A stretch of 64,000 nucleotides of DNA from an uncultured Eubacterium sp. (GTDB lineage Bacteria > Bacillota > Clostridia > Oscillospirales > Acutalibacteraceae): NCBI RefSeq assembly GCF_945980375.1, contig NZ_CAMFQO010000006.1:10524-74523 (forward strand), in the 5' to 3' direction. This document shows, piece by piece, positions 37,783 to 46,891 of the stretch (positions are counted from its first letter, which is position 1; each line of letters opens with the position of its first letter). The notes beneath the pieces were generated by a model. The model was given only the letters and a program-made list of their open reading frames with translations. It was not told the origin of the DNA and ran no database searches. The position numbers were made by a program, and so were the translations under genes.

Positions 37783-37808
37783 TGAGGTGGAAGTTTTCTT
37801 CCACCTCA
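37783..37808 (+). other. Perfect intergenic hairpin between mgsA and hisS, no U-tract
   Basis: TGAGGTGGAAG-TTTT-CTTCCACCTCA, 11-bp perfect stem. Confidence 0.55.
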
Positions 37809-37832
37809 ATAACTGTATATAGGAGAGAAAAT

Positions 37833-39182
37833 ATGGCACTTATTACAAAAGCAATAAAGGGCACAAAGGATGTTTTGCCATCAGAGTCCTACAAAAATCA
37901 ATACATAGAGGCAACCTGTCTCGGCGTTGCCGAAAATTTTGGATATAAAGAAATGAGAACACCTGTTTTTGAGCATACCGAATTGTTCCAAAGAGGTGTC
38001 GGCGATACAACCGATGTTGTTCAAAAGGAGATGTACACCTTTGATGACAAGGGCGGTCGTTCAATTACCTTGCGTCCCGAGGGTACAGCAGGTGCGGCAA
38101 GGTCATTTTTGGAAAACGGTTTGTCAAACGAAGCATTGCCGCAGAAGATTTGTTATCTTACGTCGTGTTACAGATACGAAAAGCCGCAGACGGGTAGGCT
38201 TCGTGAGTTCCACCAGTTCGGTATAGAATGCTTTGGTGCAGCGTCACCGCTTGCAGATGCCGAGATGATTGCACTTGCAAAGCAAATTTTTGATGAGCTC
38301 GGCGTTAAGGATTTGCACCTCGAGATTAATTCTATCGGTTGTCCAAAGTGCCGTGCGGAATATCACAAGGCACTCAAGGAATACTTTACATCAAGGATAG
38401 ATGAGCTTTGCGATACCTGTCGTGACCGTCTTGATAGAAATCCTATGAGGATTTTGGATTGCAAAAGTCCGGTTTGCAGCGAGATTGCCAAGGATGCACC
38501 TGTTGTTCTTGATTATCTTTGCGACGAGTGCAGGGAGCATTTTGAAAAAACAAAAAGCTATCTTGACGCTTCAAACATTGAGTATATCGTTAATCCTCAA
38601 ATTGTAAGAGGTCTTGATTATTACACAAAAACCGTGTTTGAATTTGTGTCCGATTCTATCGGCTCGCAGGGAACTGTATGCGGTGGCGGAAGATATGACG
38701 GGCTTATTGAGGAGCTTGGCGGTCAGCACACTCCGTCGCTTGGCTTCGGTATGGGGCTTGAAAGATTACAGCTTGTTATGGAGGCACAGGGATGCGAATT
38801 TCCTGAGCCGTCACGCCCTGATTTGTTTATCGTTGCTATGGGCGACAAGGCAACACTTAAGGCTATTGAAATTGCAAAGGATATGCGCGATGAGGGTTAC
38901 AGCGTTGTTTATGACCTTAACGGCAGGTCCTTAAGGGCACAGATGAAGTATGCCGACAAGTGCAATGCAAAGTATAATGTTGTTATCGGCGACAATGAGG
39001 TAGATACAAAAACTGCAATTCTTAAGGATATGGCTACGGGTGAGCAAAGCGAAATCAGCCTTGAAACCTTTGTTTCCGGCTATTACAGCATTACTCTTGA
39101 CAGTCAGCTTAAGGATTTGGAAATCAACGGCGAGGCCTTTGATTTTAATTCACTGTTTCTCGGAGGGCAAAATGATGACTAA
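37833..39182 (+). CDS. hisS: Histidine--tRNA ligase
   Basis: KGTKD, TPVFEHTELF, LRPEGTAG, RYEKPQ.GRLREFHQ, RGLDYY, GGGRYD; start at ATG 37833 after GGAG. Confidence 0.97.
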   Translation: MALITKAIKGTKDVLPSESYKNQYIEATCLGVAENFGYKEMRTPVFEHTELFQRGVGDTTDVVQKEMYTFDDKGGRSITLRPEGTAGAARSFLENGLSNEALPQKICYLTSCYRYEKPQTGRLREFHQFGIECFGAASPLADAEMIALAKQIFDELGVKDLHLEINSIGCPKCRAEYHKALKEYFTSRIDELCDTCRDRLDRNPMRILDCKSPVCSEIAKDAPVVLDYLCDECREHFEKTKSYLDASNIEYIVNPQIVRGLDYYTKTVFEFVSDSIGSQGTVCGGGRYDGLIEELGGQHTPSLGFGMGLERLQLVMEAQGCEFPEPSRPDLFIVAMGDKATLKAIEIAKDMRDEGYSVVYDLNGRSLRAQMKYADKCNAKYNVVIGDNEVDTKTAILKDMATGEQSEISLETFVSGYYSITLDSQLKDLEINGEAFDFNSLFLGGQNDD

Positions 39183-40965
39183 TTCAATTAAGGGTATGAA
39201 GCGTACCGATTATTGTGCAAGATTTGATATTAATAATGTCGGACAAACTATTACCGTTTTCGGTTGGGTACAGCGTCAAAGAGATTTGGGCAACCTCATT
39301 TTTATTGACCTGCGTGACAGAACAGGAATAATCCAGCTTTCGTTTAATGACCAAACCGACAGAGAGATTTTTGCAGCCGCACAGTCTGTAAGAAGTGAAT
39401 TTGTTGTTGCCGCTACGGGTGTTGTTGCAGAAAGAGAAAGCAAGAATAAGGATATCCCGACAGGTGATATTGAGATTATCGTAACAGATTTTCGTATCGT
39501 TTCAAAGGCAAAAACTCCTCCCTTCGAAATTGAAAAGAGCGAGAAGGTTGGCGACGAAACCACGCTCAAGTACAGATACCTTAATCTGCGTAACGAAAAG
39601 CTTACAAAGAATATTCTTATGCGCCATAAGATTGCAAAAATCGCAAGAGAGTATTTTTATGATAATGATTTTATCGAGATTGAGACACCTATGATGATTA
39701 AGTCAACACCTGAGGGTGCGCGTGACTATGTTGTTCCGTCTCGTATTCACAACGGCAAGTTTTACGCTTTGCCACAGTCACCGCAGATATATAAGCAGCT
39801 TACAATGATTGCAGGCTTTGACAGATACATTCAGCTTGCGCGTTGCTTTAGGGACGAGGATTTGCGTGCCGACCGTCAGCCTGAGTTTACTCAAATTGAC
39901 CTTGAGATGAGCTTTGTTGACTGTGATGATATTATGGATATGGCAGAGGGCTTTATCTCAAGGCTTATGAAGGAAACGATTAATGTTGAGATAGATGCAC
40001 CGCTTCCTCGTATGACCTTTGCCGATGCTATGAACAAGTACGGCTCAGATAAGCCTGATACCCGTTTTGATATGCTTATTGAGGACATTTCCGATTGGGC
40101 AGACAAAACCGATTTTGTTGTGTTTAAGAGCGCTATTGCTGACGGTGGTGCCGTTAAGGCTATCGTTGCAAGAAATGCCGCTTCTGTTTATACAAGAAAG
40201 AAGATTGACAAGCTTACCGAATATGCAAAGGGTATCGGTGCAAAGGGTCTTGCTTATATCCGTTGGGCAGACGAGGAGCCAAACTGCTCCTTTGCAAAGT
40301 TCCTTAAGGACGGCGAACTGGAAGCTCTTATTGAACAGCTTGGTGCACAGCAGGGAGACGTTGTGTTTATCGTCAGCGACAAGACACGCAAGGCTCTTAC
40401 AATTATGGGTGGTCTTCGTCTTACGGTTGCCAAGGAGCTTGATATTATCCCTGAGGGCAAGTGGAATTATCTGTGGATTACAGAAATGCCTTTCTTTGAA
40501 ATGGATGAGGACACGGGCGAGTGGGTTGCCGCTCACCATCCGTTTACTATGCCTATGGAGGAGAGTATTCAGTACCTTGATACCGACAAATCAAAGGTAA
40601 AGGCACAGGCGTTTGACCTTGTTCTTAACGGCACAGAGCTTTCATCGGGCTCAATGAGAATTACTGATTGTGAGCTTCAAACAAAGATGTTTGAGCTTTT
40701 GGGTATGGAGCAGGAGGAAATCGACGCAAAGTTCGGCTTCCTTGTAGATGCTTATCATTACGCGGCACCACCTCACGGCGGTATGGGTATAGGACTTGAC
40801 AGACTTGCAATGCTCATCTGCGGTGCAGATTCATTGCGTGATGTTGTTGCGTTCCCTAAAGTACAAAATGCAAGCGAGCTTATGAGCGGTGCTCCGTCGT
40901 ATATTGATAATATTCAGCTTGATGAACTCGGAATTGACTTAAAGGCGAGTGAAAATAATGAGTGA
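39172..40965 (+). CDS. aspS: Aspartate--tRNA ligase
   Basis: RDLG.LIFIDLRD, YRYL.LR, LPQSPQ, CFRDEDLRADRQPEFTQ, PPHGG.GIGLDR; RDLG (not RDHG) hints at a discriminating type (inference); start at ATG 39172. Confidence 0.97.
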   Translation: MMTNSIKGMKRTDYCARFDINNVGQTITVFGWVQRQRDLGNLIFIDLRDRTGIIQLSFNDQTDREIFAAAQSVRSEFVVAATGVVAERESKNKDIPTGDIEIIVTDFRIVSKAKTPPFEIEKSEKVGDETTLKYRYLNLRNEKLTKNILMRHKIAKIAREYFYDNDFIEIETPMMIKSTPEGARDYVVPSRIHNGKFYALPQSPQIYKQLTMIAGFDRYIQLARCFRDEDLRADRQPEFTQIDLEMSFVDCDDIMDMAEGFISRLMKETINVEIDAPLPRMTFADAMNKYGSDKPDTRFDMLIEDISDWADKTDFVVFKSAIADGGAVKAIVARNAASVYTRKKIDKLTEYAKGIGAKGLAYIRWADEEPNCSFAKFLKDGELEALIEQLGAQQGDVVFIVSDKTRKALTIMGGLRLTVAKELDIIPEGKWNYLWITEMPFFEMDEDTGEWVAAHHPFTMPMEESIQYLDTDKSKVKAQAFDLVLNGTELSSGSMRITDCELQTKMFELLGMEQEEIDAKFGFLVDAYHYAAPPHGGMGIGLDRLAMLICGADSLRDVVAFPKVQNASELMSGAPSYIDNIQLDELGIDLKASENNE

Positions 40966-41548
40966 TAATTACAACTTTTTTGCAATGGTCAATAGAATGA
41001 AATATATTGACCGTTGGGCATTGATGCCAAATACTCAAAAGGAAAATATTGCAGAGCACAGCCACAGCGTTGCAGTAATTGCTCATGCTCTTGCACTTAT
41101 CGGCAAAAGGGAATTCGGTAAGGATTATGATGAAAATCGTGTTGCCGTGCTTGCCTTGTACCACGATACAACAGAGGTTATTACCGGTGATATGCCAACA
41201 CCTGTTAAGTATTATAATGACGAGATAAAGAGCGTGTATAAGAAAATTGAGTCTGTCGCAGGACAGCGACTGCTTTCTATGCTACCTGATGAATACAAGG
41301 CTGATTATGAGCCAATGTTTGAGCATAGCGAGGAGGATAGGGAGCTTTGGCTATTGGTTAAGGCTGCTGATAAAATCAGTGCTCTTATCAAATGTATTGA
41401 GGAAAACAGAATGGGCAATAGGGAATTTGATATTGCCCTTAAGGCACAGGAGCAAAAAATTGCCGATATAGATATCCCGGAGGTAAAATTCTTCTCCGAG
41501 CATTTTTTGAAATCGTATTATTTAACTCTCGACGAGCATACAAAATAA
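40958..41548 (+). CDS. yfbR: HD-domain 5'-deoxynucleotidase (YfbR-like)
   Basis: RMKYIDRW.LM, ENIAEHS, LYHD..E..TGDMPTPVKY, VKAADK. Confidence 0.88.
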   Translation: MSDNYNFFAMVNRMKYIDRWALMPNTQKENIAEHSHSVAVIAHALALIGKREFGKDYDENRVAVLALYHDTTEVITGDMPTPVKYYNDEIKSVYKKIESVAGQRLLSMLPDEYKADYEPMFEHSEEDRELWLLVKAADKISALIKCIEENRMGNREFDIALKAQEQKIADIDIPEVKFFSEHFLKSYYLTLDEHTK

Positions 41549-41590
41549 AAAACTTGGATGTGATTTTTCGCATCCAAGTTTTTTATTTTG
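41541..41590. terminator. Bidirectional terminator after yfbR
   Basis: Perfect 20-bp inverted repeat CAAAATAAAAAACTTGGATG / CATCCAAGTTTTTTATTTTG. Confidence 0.85.
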
Positions 41591-41747
41591 GGTTATTCCT
41601 ATGCGGACAATCATATGCAGTGCATCCGCCGCACCCGCCTGCACAGCCCTTTTTCTTTTTCATTTTAATAATTGCAAGAGTAATTGAAATTGTAAGAATT
41701 ATCAGCACAATAATTGTGCCTTTGTTTTGTATTATAAAATCTATCAT
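41583..41747 (-). CDS. FeoB-associated Cys-rich membrane protein-like (54 aa; absent from the ORF track)
   Basis: Hand-translated MIDFIIQNKGTIIVLIILTISITLAIIKMKKKKGCAGGCGGCTAYDCPHRNNPK; SD GGAG upstream; TM plus basic patch plus CxxxCxxC. Confidence 0.8.
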   Translation of the reverse strand: MIDFIIQNKGTIIVLIILTISITLAIIKMKKKKGCAGGCGGCTAYDCPHRNNPK

Positions 41748-41768
41748 AGCACATCTCCGTCCACTTTT

Positions 41769-41797
41769 ATGGTAATCAAAAGCGGAGTAATTGTCAA
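41769..41797 (-). promoter_or_regulatory. Sigma-A-like promoter for the small Cys-rich gene
   Basis: On - strand TTGACA-17 bp-TACCAT. Confidence 0.45.
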
Positions 41798-41824
41798 CTT
41801 ATTTTTAACATTTTGCTTATTGTG

Positions 41825-41853
41825 TTGACAAGCAGGGACAAAAAATATATAGT
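41825..41853 (+). promoter_or_regulatory. Sigma-A-like promoter for the zinc-ribbon gene
   Basis: TTGACA-17 bp-TATAGT. Confidence 0.6.
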
Positions 41854-41883
41854 AATTTTATATTAAAGGTTCAGGAGAATATT

Positions 41884-42924
41884 ATGAAATGTAAAAATTG
41901 CGGTGCAGGGGTAGAGAAGGACTCAAGCATCTGTACAAACTGTGGAGCAGTGGTTAATAAGGATTCTGATTACGTACTGCTCACCAATCAGGATAACGTT
42001 TTTCAGGATGTATATTCCAACAGGGATAACAACAGAAAAAGAAAGCCCAAGCCGATTACAAGAGCAATGCTTGTTTTGATTTCCCTTGCTGTAATTATCG
42101 GGTCGGGTGTAGCATCATATTTTGTGTTTTACGGTATAGAAAGTATGAGGGACAAGCCGGAGCTTTCGTTTACATCGGGTACAGGCGTCATCAATGATGA
42201 TGAGCAGGTGCTTTATGTCGGAATTGACGATTCATCTGTTGTTGAGTTCATTCAGGGCGTAAATCTTTACGACGGCGAGGTAAACGAAAAGAATGTAAAA
42301 AAGGCACAGCTTATCTCAAGCGATTACGAGTATTCCCAAAATGTTGAGAAAACCTTTAGGTGCATTTTCTTCGATATGGACAAGCTTAATCTTGATGAAA
42401 AAGCCGATTATACCTACACCTTTGAAATGAAGTATTCGTTTGTAGGTGATGATAATTGGTATACCTACTATCAAACCGTTAACTTTAAGGGCAGCACAAA
42501 CACCGATGCGAGCGATATAATCTTTGACCACTCGCTTGATCAAAAGCTTGAGGAAACAACAACTCCGTATGAGTCGGAGGAAAACGGCGATGTAAGCGAT
42601 GTTGCTTATCTGTATGATAGCTATTGGTACACAAAGCCGTATACAGCGGATGATACACGCAGTATTTCGGCGTTTAAGTTTACAAGTGACGGCAAATTTA
42701 CCTCTACAGACTATGTTAAGGTTGGGGATGAAAGCTGGGAGGTAAGCACAAATTCAGGCGAGTTCAGCATTGACGGTAACACGCTTAAAATCAAAACGGC
42801 TGACGGCGAGGAGGATGAGTTTACTCTTGACAAAAAGAACAAAACCATCTCACAGGGCAGCAACAAGCTAACCTCCAGAAAGTACAACAGCACAAAGAAT
42901 GCCGAGGATTTCTTCGGAATATAA
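41884..42924 (+). CDS. Zinc-ribbon-domain membrane protein, function unknown
   Basis: N-terminal CKNC-x10-CTNC, basic linker, one TM helix, beta-rich extracytoplasmic region. Confidence 0.75.
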   Translation: MKCKNCGAGVEKDSSICTNCGAVVNKDSDYVLLTNQDNVFQDVYSNRDNNRKRKPKPITRAMLVLISLAVIIGSGVASYFVFYGIESMRDKPELSFTSGTGVINDDEQVLYVGIDDSSVVEFIQGVNLYDGEVNEKNVKKAQLISSDYEYSQNVEKTFRCIFFDMDKLNLDEKADYTYTFEMKYSFVGDDNWYTYYQTVNFKGSTNTDASDIIFDHSLDQKLEETTTPYESEENGDVSDVAYLYDSYWYTKPYTADDTRSISAFKFTSDGKFTSTDYVKVGDESWEVSTNSGEFSIDGNTLKIKTADGEEDEFTLDKKNKTISQGSNKLTSRKYNSTKNAEDFFGI

Positions 42925-42928
42925 AAAC

Positions 42929-42966
42929 AAACCGTTCTTAAGCAACCCTTAAGAACGGTTTTTCTT
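42929..42966. terminator. Bidirectional terminator closing the polysaccharide locus
   Basis: Perfect 14-bp AAACCGTTCTTAAG / CTTAAGAACGGTTT with flanking A/T runs. Confidence 0.85.
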
Positions 42967-42975
42967 TTGAAATAA

Positions 42976-44382
42976 TTATTTCTTAAATATTTTCTTTTTG
43001 ATATTCGGTAGCAGGATTTCTTCAATCTTTTTTCGCTCAAGATATGCTACTACTCCTAAATATACAAGCATTCCCACCCAGCGAATTATCGGTTTGTCTA
43101 ATAACAAATAGAATAATGCACAGGCAATCAAAACCTCAATTAAAGGAAGGATAAAGCTTTTTATATGCAAGACCTCGGGATTAAGCGTTTTTGAGTATAT
43201 GCTGTGTAAAATAAAGATTACAAAATAGGCAATTACTGTTGTGAACGCGGCGGCAACATATCCCAATTTTGGTATTAGTAAAAAGTTTAATCCAACATTT
43301 ATCACGGCTGCAACAACAGTCAACAAGGTAATTTGTGTTGATTTTTTGTAGAAATGCTCAAGGTTTGAATATCGTGTGTATAAAAAGTATAAGAAGTTTG
43401 CCAATACAATCAACGGAATAATTTTTATTCCTTCCCAATATGGCTTTGATGCCAAAATTTTTAGCAGCTCCGGTGATACAATTATCAGACAGCACATTAT
43501 GTATGTTATGAATCTTGTGTAATCGTTTGTGACAGAATTGATTTCCTTGTGCTTTTTTTCAGCTAAGCTGTTCATAAACCAAGGCATCCACACTCCGTCA
43601 AATGAAATATATATTGCATAAGCTATTGAGCCAAAGCTGTATACAAGGCTGTAAATACCTGATTGTGAAGAATCGGCAAGCCATGTTATCATTATTCTGT
43701 CAGAATTGGAAAGTATGCTGAGGGTGGCACCGTGAACAATTAACGGTAAAGAAATTTTCAAGCCGTGCTTAAGAAATTCTCGGTTTATTCCGCCTTTTTT
43801 TACATATGCTATTACAATTATTACTGCAAATACCATCCATGTAATTGCGTCTGTAAAAATTCTACCGTAGTAAAGCTTGCTGTCCAACACAAATTTTATG
43901 ATTATCATCGATACGCAAACCGAAAGAAGATTTGGTAAAATCATAAGAAGCGTTCGCTTTACATACTGATATTTCATCATTAGGTAATAGCTTATATCAT
44001 CTAATATTGCAATTGAGGTTGCGTGAAGAAGAAGCATTACTATCAAAAACAGAGGTATGCTTATATTAAATATTTTAACAACACAACAGGCTAAAAGAAC
44101 TATTACTGCAGTTGATATAAGCGTAAATTTTAATATCGTGGAAAGATATTCTCCTGTTTTGTCCTTGTAATCAACAAATGAATTGTAAATGCCCATATGC
44201 AGGGCATAGCCCATAATCATTACCGCTATTCCTATCCAAGATTGATAGGTATTAATAATTCCGTAATCGCTTGTGGACAGCAATCTTGTAAAAATAGGTA
44301 CAGACAAAAAGGCAATGCCTTTGTTAAAGAAATTGCCTATTAGATATAATGTAGATGCATTTTTTAGTTTACTGTTGTCCAT
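42976..44382 (-). CDS. wzx: Wzx-type oligosaccharide flippase
   Basis: GIAFLSVPIFTRLLS.SDYG, SLPLIVHG....ILSNSDRIMI, GIYSL; about 12-14 TM. Confidence 0.88.
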   Translation of the reverse strand: MDNSKLKNASTLYLIGNFFNKGIAFLSVPIFTRLLSTSDYGIINTYQSWIGIAVMIMGYALHMGIYNSFVDYKDKTGEYLSTILKFTLISTAVIVLLACCVVKIFNISIPLFLIVMLLLHATSIAILDDISYYLMMKYQYVKRTLLMILPNLLSVCVSMIIIKFVLDSKLYYGRIFTDAITWMVFAVIIVIAYVKKGGINREFLKHGLKISLPLIVHGATLSILSNSDRIMITWLADSSQSGIYSLVYSFGSIAYAIYISFDGVWMPWFMNSLAEKKHKEINSVTNDYTRFITYIMCCLIIVSPELLKILASKPYWEGIKIIPLIVLANFLYFLYTRYSNLEHFYKKSTQITLLTVVAAVINVGLNFLLIPKLGYVAAAFTTVIAYFVIFILHSIYSKTLNPEVLHIKSFILPLIEVLIACALFYLLLDKPIIRWVGMLVYLGVVAYLERKKIEEILLPNIKKKIFKK

Positions 44383-44456
44383 TTTATAATATGCTCATTC
44401 GTTTTTTACCGTATAATTTTCGGATATAAAGTTAACTTTATAGTTCTGTTCAAGCT

Positions 44457-45599
44457 TTAATCCTCTAAAACTCTTTTCAAAGCCTCAATCTTACCCTTGC
44501 CGTATTTGAGGTCGGGCTCCATATATGCACCCTCGCCCCATTCGTTCCAGGAATTTAGGAACAAAATGCGGTGCTCGGGTTCCTTTTCTTTAACAACATC
44601 AATTGCGTTGTGTGCCAATTTTTCAAACGCTTTAGGTGTATTGTTGTAGTAGATTGTTGCCTTTCTTCCCGAGCGAGGAGAACGGTCCCATCCGGATAAA
44701 AGCTGTGGATAAACATCCTCGCGTTTGTCAGAGGGACTGTATATGTTTTCTGCAATTTTGGTATAATCATATTTTTCAATAACACTTCCGGGTGCTATTC
44801 GTCTTAATATTGCAAAAAGCATCCTCCTTGCAAAGCCTCGTGCTTTTACCTCTGCGTATTTTTGACCGATTGTGCAGACGGCATCAACACCGAGTGCCTT
44901 AATGCTGTCTATAGTTTTGTCAACTGTATTGTCAAGATTCTTGATGGATTCCATGTTAATTTGGTCTAATGATTCAATTACTCCCACAAAATGAAATTCC
45001 GGTATACCATTTTCTCTTGCAAGAGAGTTCCACTTTTCCTTAAAACGCTCAAAGCTTGGGAATAAGTAAGGAGATATAACAACAAAAAGGAGCTTGCCGT
45101 CAACCTTAATGTATCTTTCGTCCTTAAAGGCGTCGAGTAATCTGTAAAAATGTCTTTCATCGTCCTCTTCGCCGGGGAATGTTTGCTTAAAAATTGTTGT
45201 ATCCTTGGCAAGAGCATTGCCCTTTTCCCATGTCTTTGTTGTCCAATCATGAACAGCCCAGCCTACGCAAAACGGATAGTTGGGGCTTTTTGTTTTTACA
45301 ACCTCATCAAATGGCATTTGCAGGGTTTCCACACCGTTGCCAAACCAATAGTGCCAATAGCAAAAGCCTTCAATTCCGGCTTCCTTTGCGAGTTGAGCCT
45401 GTTGCTCTCTGATTTCAGGCAGTCTTAAATCGTAAAAGCCTAAATCTGCAGGGATTCTTGGTTGATAGTGGTTACGGAACAGGGGAGTAGCCTTTGCAAC
45501 ATTTGTCCATTCGGTAAAGCCCTTGCCCCAATATTTATCATTTTCGGGAGTTGGATGAAACTGCGGTAAATATAATGCAATTACTCTTGCTTTACTCAT
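44457..45599 (-). CDS. WbsX-family / GH99-like domain protein
   Basis: YLPQFHP.PEND.YWGKGFTEW.NV, DLGFYDLR, FCYWHYWF, GWDRSPR, NSWNEWGEG.YMEPD. Confidence 0.85.
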   Translation of the reverse strand: MSKARVIALYLPQFHPTPENDKYWGKGFTEWTNVAKATPLFRNHYQPRIPADLGFYDLRLPEIREQQAQLAKEAGIEGFCYWHYWFGNGVETLQMPFDEVVKTKSPNYPFCVGWAVHDWTTKTWEKGNALAKDTTIFKQTFPGEEDDERHFYRLLDAFKDERYIKVDGKLLFVVISPYLFPSFERFKEKWNSLARENGIPEFHFVGVIESLDQINMESIKNLDNTVDKTIDSIKALGVDAVCTIGQKYAEVKARGFARRMLFAILRRIAPGSVIEKYDYTKIAENIYSPSDKREDVYPQLLSGWDRSPRSGRKATIYYNNTPKAFEKLAHNAIDVVKEKEPEHRILFLNSWNEWGEGAYMEPDLKYGKGKIEALKRVLED

Positions 45600-45611
45600 T
45601 AATGATTCTCC

Positions 45612-46862
45612 TTACTGAATTTTTTCCTTTTTAGGAAATTCATGTATTGATGTAATTAATCCTAAGAACAGGTAGGACACCATTGATGACGGATGGAAAA
45701 ATGCAGACGATGCACTTGTCGAAATTAAGTCATACAAAATGAGGGACATTGCAATCCAGAAAAAGTACAAATCTGTTTTTCTGCTCTTAATAATGTAGAA
45801 AATCATACTGAACAGCGCAATTATAAATGCAATGAATCCGAAAATACCTGTTTGTGTATATACAATAGGCCAGAAGGTGTCACTTAAGGCATTGCCTTCA
45901 ACCTCGTCTAATCCGGTTCCGTACATATTGTAATATCCAAGAAAAATATATAGCTTGGAATAAAATGCTGACGCAATATACGAGGCAAATGTACCAAAGC
46001 CGGTACCTAACGGAAAATACTGTTTTGCAAGGTATAAGCCGTCCCTTGTTAAAAGAGCTCTTGCACATTGGTCGTGCTCTATGTAATAGAATACGAAAGA
46101 GTCATATCCAAAGTATCCAATACCTGCCGCGCCTGCAAGTGCAATAGGTGTAATACTTTTAAGCCTAAGCTTAAAGAAGTAAATATACATTACAAACAGG
46201 ATGAATACACATACAAATGACTTTGTTCGGAAGGAAAGGAACATTACCACCGTAAGCATCATAATGTAGTAGATGTTGTGCTTGAAATATCTATAATTGT
46301 AGCACAAAACAAGGATAAGCGAAAAACATACACGTGATAAATATTCAGGATGTCCGAAGCCTAAGGTGATGGATTCTGTAAAATATCTGAAATCTGCAAC
46401 AGGGAACCACGGTGTCATAAACGCATCGTGAAGTGCTAAAACGAATAAAACCACCGCAAATATTTTACATACGTTGTTTAGCGAAAAGAAATACTTTTCC
46501 GTCAATTTATCCTTTGTTAAAATTCTCGTTGACAGATAGTAAATGAAGAATTTAGCACAGGTGAATGCGTCAACAAGCGTTGGTCCGACGCCTTGAATTT
46601 TGGATGCAAATCCCGATATCAAGCCTATCAGCTCAAATATTACAAGCGCTATCAGCATAATACGTTCAAATCTTAACAGCGTTAATTGTTGTATTGATTT
46701 TACAATTGCAAGCACAGCAAGAATAACCGCAATAATCTCATCGGAATATGAAATCAATGTGTTTATTGCGCTGACATTTATATATGTATTTAATACCGGT
46801 TGAAAAATCAGATATACGAAAAGTACCTTCCATATGTTGATTTTTTTCAAAGAAATAGTCAT
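45612..46862 (-). CDS. wzy: Putative Wzy polysaccharide polymerase
   Basis: About 10-11 TM, large periplasmic loop with R......G...FPLGTGFGTFAS, located in the polysaccharide locus. Confidence 0.75.
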   Translation of the reverse strand: MTISLKKINIWKVLFVYLIFQPVLNTYINVSAINTLISYSDEIIAVILAVLAIVKSIQQLTLLRFERIMLIALVIFELIGLISGFASKIQGVGPTLVDAFTCAKFFIYYLSTRILTKDKLTEKYFFSLNNVCKIFAVVLFVLALHDAFMTPWFPVADFRYFTESITLGFGHPEYLSRVCFSLILVLCYNYRYFKHNIYYIMMLTVVMFLSFRTKSFVCVFILFVMYIYFFKLRLKSITPIALAGAAGIGYFGYDSFVFYYIEHDQCARALLTRDGLYLAKQYFPLGTGFGTFASYIASAFYSKLYIFLGYYNMYGTGLDEVEGNALSDTFWPIVYTQTGIFGFIAFIIALFSMIFYIIKSRKTDLYFFWIAMSLILYDLISTSASSAFFHPSSMVSYLFLGLITSIHEFPKKEKIQ

Positions 46863-46891
46863 AAAAAATATGTCCTTTTGAAATTCTACGG

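Noticed and set aside
37784-37793. GAGGTGGAAG resembling a T-box core upstream of hisS
   Set aside because: Only 59 bp intergenic space; no Stem I, specifier loop or antiterminator partner
39040-39171. Long N-terminal extensions/overlaps in the ORF track (aspS, glgD, yggS, hisS, rluD, lspA)
   Set aside because: Upstream in-frame starts lack an SD and homology begins at downstream ATGs; not real overlapping genes
41554-41775. 73-aa + strand ORF in the track
   Set aside because: Antisense to the real 54-aa Cys-rich gene and spans a terminator
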